The notes under the pieces were generated by a model that did not search any database, was not told the origin of the DNA, and was given only the letters and a program-made list of their open reading frames with translations. A stretch of DNA of 63,527 bases, the filler included, from Choristocarpus tenellus KU-1152 (lineage: Eukaryota; Protista; Phaeophyceae): NCBI GenBank assembly GCA_964200185.2. It is 7 parts of 7 records of this genome, joined end to end, with 100 filler letters (N's around TTAATTAATTAA, not from the genome) between each part and the next. Parts side by side here need not be neighbours in the genome. Positions count along the whole stretch, not along the records: positions 1 to 25,678 come from CAXNAD020000180.1; positions 25,779 to 32,651 come from CAXNAD020007170.1; 5 more parts are not named here. One strand, given 5' to 3'. The translations under genes and the position numbers were made by a program. Position 1 is the first letter of the stretch, and each line of letters opens with the position of its first letter. Below, in pieces: positions 13,901-26,879 of this stretch.

Positions 13901-16900
13901 TGATGTGATCCTGTTTGAGTTCCTTGCTGTTGGTAAAGCTAGTGAGGTGACAGGATGCCACATCTAGTTCTGAGTATAATAAACATTATATGTGAGAAAT
14001 AGCATACCTATTGAAATCTTAAAAAGGAAGTATCGAATGGATGCAATGCGAGTATATTTTAGTTGGACTTGGTCCCTCAAAATAGCAAACCGGATGTGTT
14101 TGTCTGAGATAGATATGTGCTGCAAATAAAGGGACAAGTGATAGAAGTAACCTTTTGCCTTTTGCATTAATTGTGTGATAAAGAGTGATAAAATAATGAT
14201 GGAATAGTGTGCTTATTTGTTAGTAACATGTAATGTTGCCACATACTTCCTGTTTTATCGTGTACTGCACTTGATGAACTTAGGGAATTCATTTCTTGTG
14301 GTCACAGTCTGTTACGTTTGTATTGTAGTTGATGGGTCACCTATCAATAGGAAGTGAATTTGTCTCACCACCCTGAATTGAACACCTACTTGCTTATTAT
14401 AGAACATGTAGTAGTTGTATTGATTGTATTAGTAGAACTACAGGTGCAAGTGATATGCATATTTTGTATCAAGTGTGTTTTCATGAGGTCACTTTTGGCC
14501 AAACCATTGTTTTCATGAGGTCACTCTATTGGCATGCGCTTTGCTTAATGACTCAAATGCCCAGCAAGGACTGTGCCTTTGATACCTTATTAATTTTATT
14601 CACTGTACTGTACTGTACTGTACAAAGCAACTTGACACAGTGTCAGAGGTTAAAAAATCCATACAAGTCATAAACTCAGTCCCCTGACACTCACAATACT
14701 CCTCCTCTATCTTGTATCTTGTATTTATCCAGTGTGCCAACTCATGCAAGGGGACAGGTTGGTGTTGGTGTGACACAAATTCCACGTGCAAGCAGTTTCG
14801 ATTCAAAATTGGAGGATACACATTCCACTGCCATGAGTGGCTTTGAGCCAATCACCCCAAAGCATTTGATGCCCATGTTCAGGTGTGTGGTACTGCACCT
14901 CAATGTTACACAGCTTCTGTTGTGGAGGTGTGTTTTAGGATGTCACCTATTCATTCAACATGATAAAGTTGTACAATATGTAATAGTGAGTACAGTATGA
15001 TACACCTTTTCACTGTGCCCCATGTGTTCTGAATATTTTTCTACAAGTATTGTTCTTTGCAATTAATTTGTCCTCTTACTGATATTTTCTGCCTGTCTGT
15101 TGATTGGTTCATAGCAGTGCTGTTTAGAACAATTTGGTAGATAAGATTGATGGCGAAAGCAAGTCATGCATGGTTGCTTTAAAGAAATTCTTCCCCAAGA
15201 CTAACGACTGTGACAACAATACAACAATGTGATGACACATGCAATCCTCTGAGTGTAGCTTCATTTCAGTGGTAAGACCAAATGACCATTGTAGGTGGTA
15301 ACTGAATGTTCCTTCTGTGTATATTGTGGACTATTGAGGGAATTGGGATGTTATATTTTGTATCGAGATGATTTTTTTACTTGATTTGCAGTAATACCCA
15401 GTCAAAATGTGATTTTGAAACGTTAACATAGATTTAGATTGCTGCGTCAGATATGGATGGGAGTCAATATGTAGCTGTCAAAAAGATATACGTGTTTTGA
15501 ACATTGTTATTATTCCTCTCCCCCTTTGTTTCAGTTCCATTTTGATTGTTAATAAAATATATTATCTATTTTTTCCCCTCAGTAGAATAGGTAATGGAGG
15601 ATGCAGGGTGGAAACCTGGAGTAAGTAAAGTATGAAGTGAAAATTGAAGGAGAGGTGGATGATGGGTTTTGAAGTTATTCCTTGGGTGTTGTAATGTTCC
15701 TCCAAAAATCTGGACTTGTTTGAGTGAGATTTATTGATAACACCGGTGTACCTTGGTGCTCAATACTGTTTGTTCCAAGTAGATGTGTTGGTATTGGTAC
15801 CAATAGCATGTCAAGATGTATCAATAGTATGCTACCCACTTTATATTGTGTTTGCTGTAAGATTCAACTGGCAGTGATTTTGACTGACCTGTTTCTTCTC
15901 TGTTATTAATTTGTGCAGCCCTGGTCACTTCAACAGGAATATGGAATGGAATGCCAGCGATGGGTACTCCATAATTAGTGACAGCGTGATCAGGTGATAA
16001 CTGTTTGTTAGTGGTATTATAAGTGGGTACTCTCTTGTCATTGACAGTATTGTCATGTCATTAACTGAACAGAGATCTTCAACAGTAACGTAAGCTGTTG
16101 CTATGTTTACCTTGGACTATAGTCTAGCCTGTCCGTGTCTACAACCAGTGTATAAGCGCTCATTGAGTTAATTGATATAGTTGTGGCATGCAATATATAT
16201 ATATATATATATATTATTTTGAATTTAACTAAGGTGGGAGGTCTTCATGATCCTCTATCAGTGGTTGAGGTGTTGATAGACAGGAATATGGAGATGCTAT
16301 GGTTTGACCCCGAGAAATGTTGTAGCCCCTGGAGTAAGCCCTTGAATTACCAAAGGCTTGTTGGATGTTTGAAAATGAGGCCCACAGCAGAGGTTACGTG
16401 AATTTTTAATAAATTTTTAGTAAATTTTGTAACGGGAGAGACTACCTACTGGATGTCATCTACCATCTCAACATATTGTACATGGCACAGAGTGTAAGTA
16501 GACTTAGAATACTTGGAATGACAATCAATCTGATTGATCTGCCCTCATCTCCTCATGCAACCAAAATATGTTTTTGTTGACTTCTGTCAAGTGCTGTCAA
16601 ATGTTGAACATGTCGATATCTGATAAAGTTTGTTTTATCTTAACAATTCTCTTTTATGTCTTGGTATAACATTTTTTTTCTTTAACAGTAACAATACAGG
16701 GGGGTACCGTGCTTCATCAGCTGCAAGTGTTCGTGCTCCTTCTGAGCGTTCATTAAGTGCCCCTCCTCCACCACGGCTAAACCCAGGAGCAATGATGGCA
16801 ATTGAGAGGTGAAGCTTGAAGGACCTATCATCATGGGAAATGTTGGCTTGCTGTCATTGTATAGAATAATATGTTTGGAATTATTGGAAAGTGCTTGTAT

Positions 16901-19900
16901 GGATGTAGAGTAAATACTGGATCGAGTTCTGTGCATTGTGGCTTTCCTATTTAGAGATGGTGCCATATGAAACTGGTGTTTGTTGTAGTATTGCATTGTG
17001 ACCCATGACATGATAATTCACTTGCTTCAAGCCTAACCTTAAAATTTGTTCTTGTAGATGGTAAATTGTCTTACTTGGTCTTTTACTTGTCCTTGCGCAC
17101 CCTCTAAGCTTTTTTGTTCTGTTCATTATTTTTATTATTATTATTGATTTTCTGCTGTTGTAGGCTAAGGATTGACAGGGGGAGTGTGCACTTTGGGTAC
17201 AACCCAGTCAGGCGAAGCAATAACGTCTTCAAGGCAGAAATTAATGGAGACATACGGGCTGCTAAGGTGTGTGTGTGTGTGTTACAGACACACCATCTGT
17301 ACCCAAATGCACTACATGTGATAAACATGTTGAGAGTGGACACCACCTTTACGTCTTCTTCAATTTGTTCTTTTGATAGTGTGACTAGAGTAATTTCATT
17401 GTAGTCATTAGAATAAGCAATATCTTACCATTCAAATTTCTGTTAATATGAACTTTTTACAAGCTTTATCGTGTCTGTCACTGCCTTACTTGTGTTGCAA
17501 TGTTTGATGCTGAATGTTGGTTCTAAGTGGTTCTTGTACTTGATTATAATTAACTTTAACCCATTTTGAACCCTATGTCACGTGTAATCCTTGTCCTTGC
17601 ACCTTGCAATTGTTCATAGTCATCCTCACTATACTATCTCTGTTTTAGGAGTATTGATTAGGTGTTGCAAGACCTGTTCCCTGTTGGTTTTGGGCACAAA
17701 TACGCCTACTTTTGAAATCTGGTTTTGTGTACGTTGTCCGTATGATGTAATTTTTCATTTTTTCTCATGTGAGGTGAGGTGATTTGAGTTTGTTGAGTTT
17801 TTTGAGAAGAGTGGACAGATGCAATGGTCATGGTCGTATTCTTAAAGAACAGTATCCTTCCCCTCCCCCATGCCAACAACCAGCAGCAGGGTGGTGTATT
17901 TGATTTGACCTCTGACTGTTTGGGGCTTACTGCTGTGAGGCATGTGGCTGATGTCCACCTGAGTCAGTCTCTTTTCTGTCGACTAAGTGTTCTTGTGATG
18001 ATGAACAGACTTTAGGAGTGTAATAAATGATTGCTAGGATGTATGATTTCTGAATAGAGAACCCTAGCCCTGTAGTTGGTGTTTCATTTTTTCGTGTCAA
18101 GTGGGGAGGTATGAGTGTTGCCTGCTCCGTTGGTCACTCCCCTATGCACAATTTGAGGTGAACTGTGTATTCCTAACCATAAAGTTAATTGACTTTCTTG
18201 AAGTGTGTCTATTCTTCTTTGGGGTAGTCATTGTGCCTGAACAAGGGCTAGTTGTCTGCCTTAATAAGTGTGATGACCTTATCTTCTCCCCTATTAATTG
18301 TTTAACATCTATCTTCAACATGTTGCAAGGTAATATCTTTGCTAGGAGTGGAGCGAGAGTCTATTGCAGACATTCACAACATTTTTGGGGCAGAGCTGCT
18401 CAAACTGAGTAAGCTGAAGAGCCCAAACGTTGTCAAGGTGAGAGCTAAGGAGGGCGTCAGTTAACATGGTGTATACATTGTAGATGGTTTGTTGTTCAAT
18501 AGTTGCAAGGAGTATTTGTATATGTAATATGTAATTAGTGTATAACACATTCCATGTACATTAGTTCAGACCCTCCTATACTTCATCTCTTGCATCTATT
18601 GGTTACATCTAGTCATTATGAGGGATACAATTTTAGCATGGATGGTGATCATTGAGGGTCATTACATTGTGACCTGGGCCGCTTGTTAGTGTTTTTGCAC
18701 TATGATTTAAATTAAGGATTAATGCTATTTTATTAATTAGGGGTATCTTGTATAGTATTTGGTCTGTTCTTTGTTTTTATTGTCTTGCTGCCCTCATGTG
18801 TTCCACAGTATTGAATATATTGGTTCATCCATAGATGCATCCATCGGTGTTTTGCCTTTACCTTTTATTTGTTGTTGCAGGTGTACGGTGCTGCTATGTC
18901 TCCATGTGATGTCATCCTTGTCAGTGAGTTCCTTGAGGGTGGATCATTACGCGATCTCCTTGAAACAAGTCATGTCAGGAAGACTCTCACCAACAGGTCC
19001 ACAGATGCTTTTTATACTTAATTTTTTTGTTAATGTGGATGTGTTGCCTTGTAGCAAGCTCTGTAGTACATCAGTGTACAAGAGTATTTAAGGTGTGTAA
19101 GGAATACTACAAAGTATTTATACTATTGATGCTACTGCAATGTTTCAAGCTTGAGGTTGTTCATGACACAGTTGCTATCAATGTTGAGGAAAAAATGTGT
19201 ATTGGTGTAAGTGCCAGTGGCAAAGGCTTGGAAGGAAATTTATTGGACCTCTGGATTGGTTGCATTAGTGTCAAATTTGTACTGATTTACTTTTAATATT
19301 TGGGTTTCATGTCTTCAAATGTAACAGAAATGGCTGTTCTCACATAGAACCAGCAAAGATATGTATCTATCGGTTTGTTGTGCTAGTGAAAAAGAGTGGT
19401 AAAAGGATGCCAATTTTTATTTAGATTTTTATTTATAGTGATGTGTGCATCAAATATTCACTTTCTTTTTGTGTGGTTTGTGCATGTCAATCCTTGGGTA
19501 CTGTTTGCCTCCTTAGTTGATCATGCAAATCAAAAAACAATGTGAAATTTTCATCTCTTTGGGAGGGAACACTTGAGTATGTGTTGATAGTCTTGCACCA
19601 GTGTTGCCTGTGCTGATGAACCATGACTAGATTTTTTTCATGGTATGGACAGCTATCTATGCCCTGCTAATAGGAAAGTGGATCTGGATCATGTTCAATT
19701 TAACAAGTTATCAAATCACATTTATAGTGTCATTCATTGGTTCTCCATTGAATGCACTCAACATTTAGCAGAATGTCTTGGAAGTGTGTCTGCTCCTATT
19801 TCTACACCTTGGACAGGTTTTTTTCTGTGAGGTTTATCTCTTTTTTATGGCATTGTCGGTGGAGCAATTGCTGTGAACCATCTGCAGTTTGGTTGAACAT

Positions 19901-22752
19901 GTATTCATTGTAGGGTTGAGTGAGAATGGTATGAAAGTTGCCTTTTCACAACAACAAAAAACATAGAAAGAAGCCTCTAGTGTCTATAGAGCACTCTACT
20001 TTTTCAAAATGTCAAAACTTGTAGAATGAATGTGCTTGATGAAATACAAAAACAAGAAATACCACAAGGAGTGTGATGTTAATGTTGATGCATGGACTGT
20101 ATTTGACCACTCCTTTTCATGTTTCAATTAAATGGCACCAGGACAAGGGTCACCATCATGCTGGATGTGGCTATGGGAATGGATCACCTCTATGTCAACG
20201 GCATGCAGCACAGGCAACTGCGCAGCCCCAATGTGCTCCTTACCCATGACTGGAGGGCCAAGGTAGTGGACTCCCTCTCTTCACAGTGCAGAATTGAAAA
20301 GGCTGCTTCACTGCTGTATTATTGTAAATAGTTTCAAGAATATAGCTAAATCATTCCCCCTCACCTCAATGCGTAGTATGGTCTCATGCTTGCTGAGATA
20401 TTGTGCTTTCACTCTTTTTGATCTTGTGCTATTTTTAGGTAAGGTTCAAGAAGATTTTTTTGAACTCATGCCTTACATTTTTTCTTGACAAGTTGAATGT
20501 GATGAAACTGTTGTATAGGTGAGTGGAATGGGACTGCTGATGACAGAAGATATGATCCTACATTGTACTGAGGGGAATGAGGGGCCATCGAAGGATGAAG
20601 TCCTTCTGTGGGACTCCAGAGAACTATTGGCAGGAGCTGGATTCAGTGAGAAGAGCGATGTTTACAGGTAGACACTGACACACCTATTTTTCTCAGGATG
20701 GAGCAAGAAAAACTAACCTTATCTGATGGGGGTGCTAAGTGTAAGCATACAAATATGGACCAAAGTGCAGTGCTTCCACTTTCTGTACAGTACATGCCGC
20801 TGGTTGATTTGGTAGGTTTAATGATGTCGAGTATGTATTGCTGGAAATACTTTTGGTAATGTGAGCTCCATATGAAGAGGTCCATCAATACTTATTCTAT
20901 GGAAGTACCTCGATCAACTAGATATATATTCTAACCAGACCCTGATTGCCTTTGGTTCTGTTCAACCACAGTTACGGAATTGTTGTGTGGGAAATAATGC
21001 AGAGTGATGGATTGCTACCATACGCTGGTCTTCTCCCAAACCAGGTCAGTTTGTCCGCGATGCAGTTTGCATGTCTCTGTCCCCTATATTTTATAATACG
21101 CAAAAATACAGTTGAAGGTACAACACTAGTGATGCCCTTATGTTGGTGCTCTCCAGTGGGGTACCTCTCATCCTATCACCAACCTTGAAGGACTCTGGAT
21201 TTTCACATCTGGTACTCTTATACCACAATAGGAAGTTGTACACTATGACAGACAAGGTCCTTGACAAAACCACCGTCCTTCCAATTCTGATCTACACCGT
21301 GATCCTCTTTGACATTTTACCTTGAGATCCTGTTCTATTAGTACCACTGTGGGACATTATCCACACCTTCAGATTGGGATATGAATCTAGATGCCTGGAC
21401 GTGCCCAACCATTATTTTTATGGATTTAGTACAGTGTTCAACCCCACATGTAGGGCTGGAAGGATAGGGGCAATGAGTGTTCAATCTGGGTTAGCCTTAT
21501 CTTCCCTGCTTGGATGGTTAGGGTTAGAGTTAGTAAATGAGAAGTATTATCCTGGAGATGAGTGTGTATTTACAGACCATCAAGGATGAAAATAGCTCTG
21601 GGTATTTCTTTCAAGAGGATGAAGCATATTCTCTGGGTAGTAGTAATACATGGCAGACATGCTTGTTTTGTTGAAAGTGTGTTTTGGTTTGAGAATGATG
21701 GAGTTGGCAGCTGGAAGTTTTTTTTGGTGGGTTGTGAGTTGTGACTGAATCAAGTAATTCAATTGTACCCTTGATAAGCACATTTGAATCTGTTGGATGT
21801 TTCCTAGCTTGCAATGTACACGTTAGGCCCTGCTAATGCTAAGAAGCTCCTCGTGGTACTTGGCTCTTCCTGTACCTCATATCTTGTGGTTCATGCAGAT
21901 AAATGTAATTTTTCTCAAGCAAATAATAAGTTGCAGAGCCTGTGTTTAATCTCCTTGCTTGTCCTCTCAAATCTCTCAGATCTTTTCAATTCTCTACCCT
22001 GTTAAATCTTGTAATAACGACTAATTGTGAGTTATTCATTTATAAAGGAAGGTGAGAATGAACATAGATTTTGTTCTTACATAATACTATCCCAGAAAGT
22101 GCTTGAGGTGGTATATATATGATGTCATTGTTGTGTTAATAGTGAAGATAATCCTTGAACAAAGAAATTCCACAGTATGCTGGGTATTGGATTATATTTA
22201 GGTTTCACATGCAAGAGCAAGTTTGAAGGAATGTTCATCTATTTTGGGATCAAAGATACTTCTAACTCTAACTCTTTGCTCCCTCACAACAAGTATAAGT
22301 ATGAGACAAGGTTTTGTGCATATTGAATGTACTTGTAGCAACATGGATTTTTTTCACATTATTGACGAAGCTGTGACGTTTGGGCCTCCATTGCATGCAC
22401 TTAACACTTGGACCTCTTCCCACACAGTAGTGTACTATTCAGTAGTGTACTAAAGCTTAATCCCATGTCAAACTGGTCGTACATAACAAGAAGACCTTTG
22501 CCTTTTGCTTGATGCGAAAAAAAATTGCAGGTTTTGGGGGCAAAGTATACTGGGCAAAATCCACCAATCCCTCCAGGCTGCCCCATCCCCATTACTACAC
22601 TTATGGAAAGGTGCTGGAGTAACCTTCCAGCAGAACGACCGTCCTTCGAGGAAATTAGCGAGTTCCTTTCCGATGCTGCTTTCAATGATAGGTGGCTGTT
22701 GAGAAGATCCCCTACTAATAACGTAGACAGTATGTCAAAAGGGCGATTGTGA
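1996..22752 (+). CDS. Large multi-exon protein (~1266 aa) with long low-complexity N-terminal region and C-terminal TKL-family pseudokinase domain
   Basis: Hand-spliced GT-AG exons that keep one open frame: 1996-2044, 2411-3210, 3885-4004, 5037-5269, 5701-6312, 8847-8936, 10329-10748, 12565-12705, 13560-13658, 14733-14882, 15919-15993, 16689-16808, 17164-17266, 18330-18437, 18881-18996, 20142-20262, 20519-20667, 20972-21044, 22531-22752 (3801 nt with stop). The last 7 exons give kinase subdomains in order: VFKAEINGDIRAAK, FGAELLKLSKLKSPNVVKVYG, SEFLEGGSLRDLL, DVAMGMDHLY..HRQLRSPNVLL, KVSGMG, WDSRE, SEKSDVYSYGIVVWEIM, LMERCW..P.ERPSFEEI. Kinase exons are high confidence. The first exons and possible extra small exons (e.g. 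~3719-3754) are less sure. Confidence 0.85.
11121..11149 (+). repeat. Short intronic telomere-like (TTAGGG)n tract
   Basis: GTTAGGGTTAGTTAGGGTTAGGGTTAGGG inside an intron of the pseudokinase gene. Confidence 0.7.
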
Positions 22753-23480
22753 CGCCTTCCCCTTGTAAAGTACCTCATCTGTTTGATCTGGTTGAGGAGA
22801 ACAGTATCCATTCTTAATGTGTAGCCATTGTGTAGTAAAATGATCAATCTTCCTAGGCTCCACTAACCCATGTACCGGGTCCAACACTTTGTCACACACT
22901 AGAAGTCATTTTACATAACAGCCAAATGTCGACTTGTACTATGTTTATTTAGCTGAGAGAAGCCGCTGCAAAGCTTGTACTCAAGTTTGTAAGGAAGCTA
23001 TTGATTTACGTGCAGTAGGCACTCTTGATCATCTTTCTGTTTAATATTTTCATGATGGATTGAGTTTTTACCTGGTCTTGTCCATGGAATGTTTTGTGTT
23101 GTGTTGTGCTGCTCTGGAAGACAAAGAAAATGTGTGCTTTTATGATGTGGAACCGTCAAAATGTGTCGTGTTCTGTCGACTTCATTTGTAGTCTATTTGT
23201 TGTGTATATGAGACTTGAAATATGAGGTTATTGAAAAACACAATTTTGATTTCCCAAACCTTAAGATAATTTGACAGCAACTAGACTTTTTGACATGAAT
23301 GTTGAGCACTTCATCCTTGGACACTCTTTTCTTCATCTTGTACTGTTACTGCGTGCTGGAATCTCACCCTTTGCTTGTGCTCCTGTGTGCCTACCTATTG
23401 ATACAACGGCAATATGGTACCCAATATGTTTTTTTCCCCCCTGTTGGGCAAGGTGCTAACTTTATCAAAACAGAGAGTAA

Positions 23481-23748
23481 CGAGCCAGAGTATAAGAGAG
23501 GTACCAAGCTTTTTGTAGTTTTGCGATATTAGCCACGTTTTCAATCTTTTGCAATTGACGCATATTTCTGTGGATGAAGTGCTTGACTAAGTTTGACTTG
23601 AAGGGGTTGATTTTTCTGTTTTTGGAAAGTTTCTGACATAATTAGGAAAAAAAGTGCTACACGCATTTGAAATAAATGCCGAATTATGGACACACATGCT
23701 GGCATCTTTAAAATTAAACTCTGGATACCTCTTGTTTACTTTGACTCG
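23481..23748 (+). mobile_element. MITE family A, copy 1 (~270 bp, ~28-bp imperfect TIRs)
   Basis: Left end CGAGCCAGAGTATAAGAGAGGTACCAAG; right end CTGGATACCTCTTGTTTACTTTGACTCG (inverted). Internal motifs ATATTTCT.TGGATGA and GCATC.TTAAAAT..AAC are shared with the copies at 24563, 55363 and 56824. Confidence 0.75.
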
Positions 23749-24562
23749 ATGGGGAAAATATTTTTTGGTCTTCACTGTACTTGAAACTTCACGGATGAGC
23801 AGTTAGGACAGTAATTTCGTACGAAAATTTTCATAGTATATGTGGAATTTGTTCTGTTTAGGGTGAATGCAAAGTATTGTACCCACTTTGCTCACCTCCG
23901 ATTTCTGGCTTGGGAAAATTCCAGAATTTTGGGAATAGTAGGTGCCCCGCGCTTCTATGTAAAACGTTGTGATGGACCTGCCATTTTTCATCTTTTCTTT
24001 GTATTCTACATAATTTCTTCTCTTGTGTACTTGACTGATGGATCTGCCCTTTGCTTGTTCGCACACAGATGTCCTAATTTATTTTTGCTCTCTTTTTGCG
24101 TTGCCTTTCTAGCTACAGGTTAAGTATGCTGTATGTTGATTCCTTTTCCTTAACATTTGCCGGTTGTTTTCTTTGCTTTGGGAATCACTGCATCATACAG
24201 GCAACCTATTGTGTGATAATTGTGTGTGATAAAATATTACATTCTACCCACCGACATTTTCTAGTTTCTAGATGTTTCAGGAGGAAGAAAAATAGACCAA
24301 GACTATGACACAAGAACTTTGGATACAGTAGTTAAGATATCTCCATTAGAACTAATTATTCATCATGGTCCCTGGGAGATTGTACCCTACTGACCAATGT
24401 TCATACTGCTATGCTCAACGTAGCCCTATGAAGGTTTGCAAGGATCTGTCAGGCCTCTTTGTGCCCAACTGCCTATTATCTGTGCCTCGAAATACATTTC
24501 ATGCCTTGAAAGAGCTACTTGTGCATTGACATACACTATCTATCTCAAACGAGTCTTGACAG

Positions 24563-24821
24563 GAGCCAAAGTATACGAGATGCACCCAGGTTTTGGCCAT
24601 TTGCATTTGACGCCAATTTTTAATCTACTGCAATTAACCGATATTTCTATAGATGAAAGTGCTCAATTTGAGTTGAGAAAGTTTGTTTCTCTTATTGTTT
24701 GAAAAAATTCGACACAATTTAGAAAAATATCCTACAACCGTTTGTACAACATGCCGAGATTTACACATATTTGTCACCATGCTAAAATGCAACCCTGGGT
24801 ACCTCTCGCTTACTTTGACTC
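24563..24821 (+). mobile_element. MITE family A, copy 2
   Basis: GAGCCAAAGTATACGAGATGCACCCAGG ... CCCTGGGTACCTCTCGCTTACTTTGACTC, with the same internal motifs as the other copies. Confidence 0.75.
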
Positions 24822-25653
24822 TAGCTCCTTTCCGACAATAAACCCCAGCCCCCCTTCCCCTTCTGCATTAATGGACAATTTATCGAGAAAACTGATTATT
24901 TACTTAGGCACCTGAACCTTTCCACCAACGAAGGGTTTGAGATAGAATGGTGAGAGTGTCAATAGATCCCTCGTAGTGGGTGTGCTTCCGTGGCTTGCCT
25001 GCTGTAACAGGAAAATGTTTGATGGTGGAATGAGTGAGTCAGCTGGCAAGCTTCCTGGACCATCCTGGACCATCCTGGACCAATGCAAAAGTGATATCCA
25101 GTAGTAGGCATGCAATCTTTCATAGTGCAAGGGATGCCCATTCCGTGGCAAAGTTGTCCTAATCGTTTAACCTAGGTGTGTGTTGGCGGATCTGTCTTCC
25201 CAACCTAGGGCAGGTGCAGGCATATCTGGTATCGACATTTTGTCTCCTGCACCCAGCCGTCCACCACATGTTTTATTATATGACCTCTCTCCCTACAGAC
25301 ACGCTGACGTTGTGACGAAACTCCACTGAAGGAATCCAGCGTGCTGCTCTAAGGACTGTATAGTGGCCCATGCATTGGCCCCTTAGCTACATTGGTGCCT
25401 GTGGCAGGCTAGAGCCCAGAGAGAAACTTTCCCTACCCTGCTCATTTGCATCTGTAGAAAGGTTTTCCAGTTGCATCCGAAAGGAGTCAAAACAGAATTT
25501 GACCAGTTCAGTTAGCATTGACCAACAATCCCCCTGAGGTCCTTGGTGAAAGAAGGATGTGATTGATGATGATCCTAGTGCCTGCACTGTCGGGCTCGCA
25601 CAAATGGCGTGAGTAAACGCCTCTTCATGCCGCCCTTGTTGCCTGGCTAGAAT

Positions 25654-25678
25654 GGTGGGGGGAGTGTTACAGGCGCCC
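25654..25678 (+). mobile_element. Possible PPT plus start of an LTR at the contig end
   Basis: Purine tract GGTGGGGGGAG directly followed by TGTTACAGG, then the contig breaks. No coding support upstream. Confidence 0.3.
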
Positions 25679-25778
25679 NNNNNNNNNNNNNNNNNNNNNN
25701 NNNNNNNNNNNNNNNNNNNNNNTTAATTAATTAANNNNNNNNNNNNNNNNNNNNNNNNNNNNNNNNNNNNNNNNNNNN
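25679..25778. other. Artificial contig linker (N44-TTAATTAATTAA-N44)
   Basis: Identical 100-bp N-flanked six-frame-stop linker, seen six times in the window. Confidence 0.97.
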
Positions 25779-26879
25779 AAAATCACTGGAACCCCGGAAA
25801 CAGCACCTGCCTCAAGCCAGACACCTGGGTCCAATACCGATACTCCATCAACCGATTCGGTTGATGGCGTCCCAGGAGACTCGCTTGAGTAAGACGGGAT
25901 GGTGGGGGAACAACCCAGGGACCGCCCCCCCCGCAGTACGGTCAGCCCATTTACCAATCGGTTTGCTGTGCAGGAAGAAAGCTGTGAGCCCGACAACCCA
26001 TCTCCACTGACAAACCTGTGCCATGATTATGTGGAAATAATCCTGTTGGACTTCAGGACTGGGAAAATCCAGGATCTTGCTTAGGTGTTTTTGGCGCTTC
26101 AGGCATCGGCAACGCTAAAGTCGAACAAAACTCAGATAAGTACAGCACGTCGTTCTAGCCGCCATTTACGGTGAAAATTCTTTCTGCCAAAGACATAAAA
26201 GATATCAAATTCTTTGAGGCAGATAAAGGAGGGAGACAAGGCGTAACTGTGTCTGATTAGAGGACACACAAACACACACACATATATATATATATTGTCC
26301 TGTCCTAGTTCATGGTATCCTATCCAGTTGTGAACAAACCTGTATTTGATAGGTTGTCACTCAAATAGGCTAACTAGTTATGAGCACTTGAGCAATAAAT
26401 GTCTCGGTCACGCTTCTCTAATATTCCATTGGTTTCCTTACCATTGTTGCAACAAATTGCCACTCAGATAGGCTAAGTGAAGCAAGGTATGGGCAACACC
26501 TGCCTACACCAGATCTTTATAATTTTTCTTTGGGATCCGACCCAGAAGTGGACAACCAACCAATTTGTTCACCAAACCGACCACTTGATGAATTTGAACA
26601 CCCTCTCAATCAAATCATTCCAACCATTCTTTGGGCTCCAGCCCTGCAGTGAAAAAACCTTCAAAGGCTAATCACTCAAAATTGCCAAATTACAATCCAC
26701 TGCCTCAGACTCATTTTGTTAATGCAATAACATCCTCAGCAGTGAAGCATTCTTCCAAATTTATTGGAACAGTGGGTGAAAACTTTGTAGCATCGCGTGT
26801 GTGTTGCACCAAGTCAGTGTGTTGGCATATATCTTCAATTCAACATTACTCTCAACACCCTTGTACTTTACAGGTTTCA

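Noticed and set aside
17164-22752. Kinase as a decaying pseudogene
   Set aside because: No stops or frameshifts over the spliced model, canonical splice sites and conserved structural motifs. The changes concentrate in catalytic residues.
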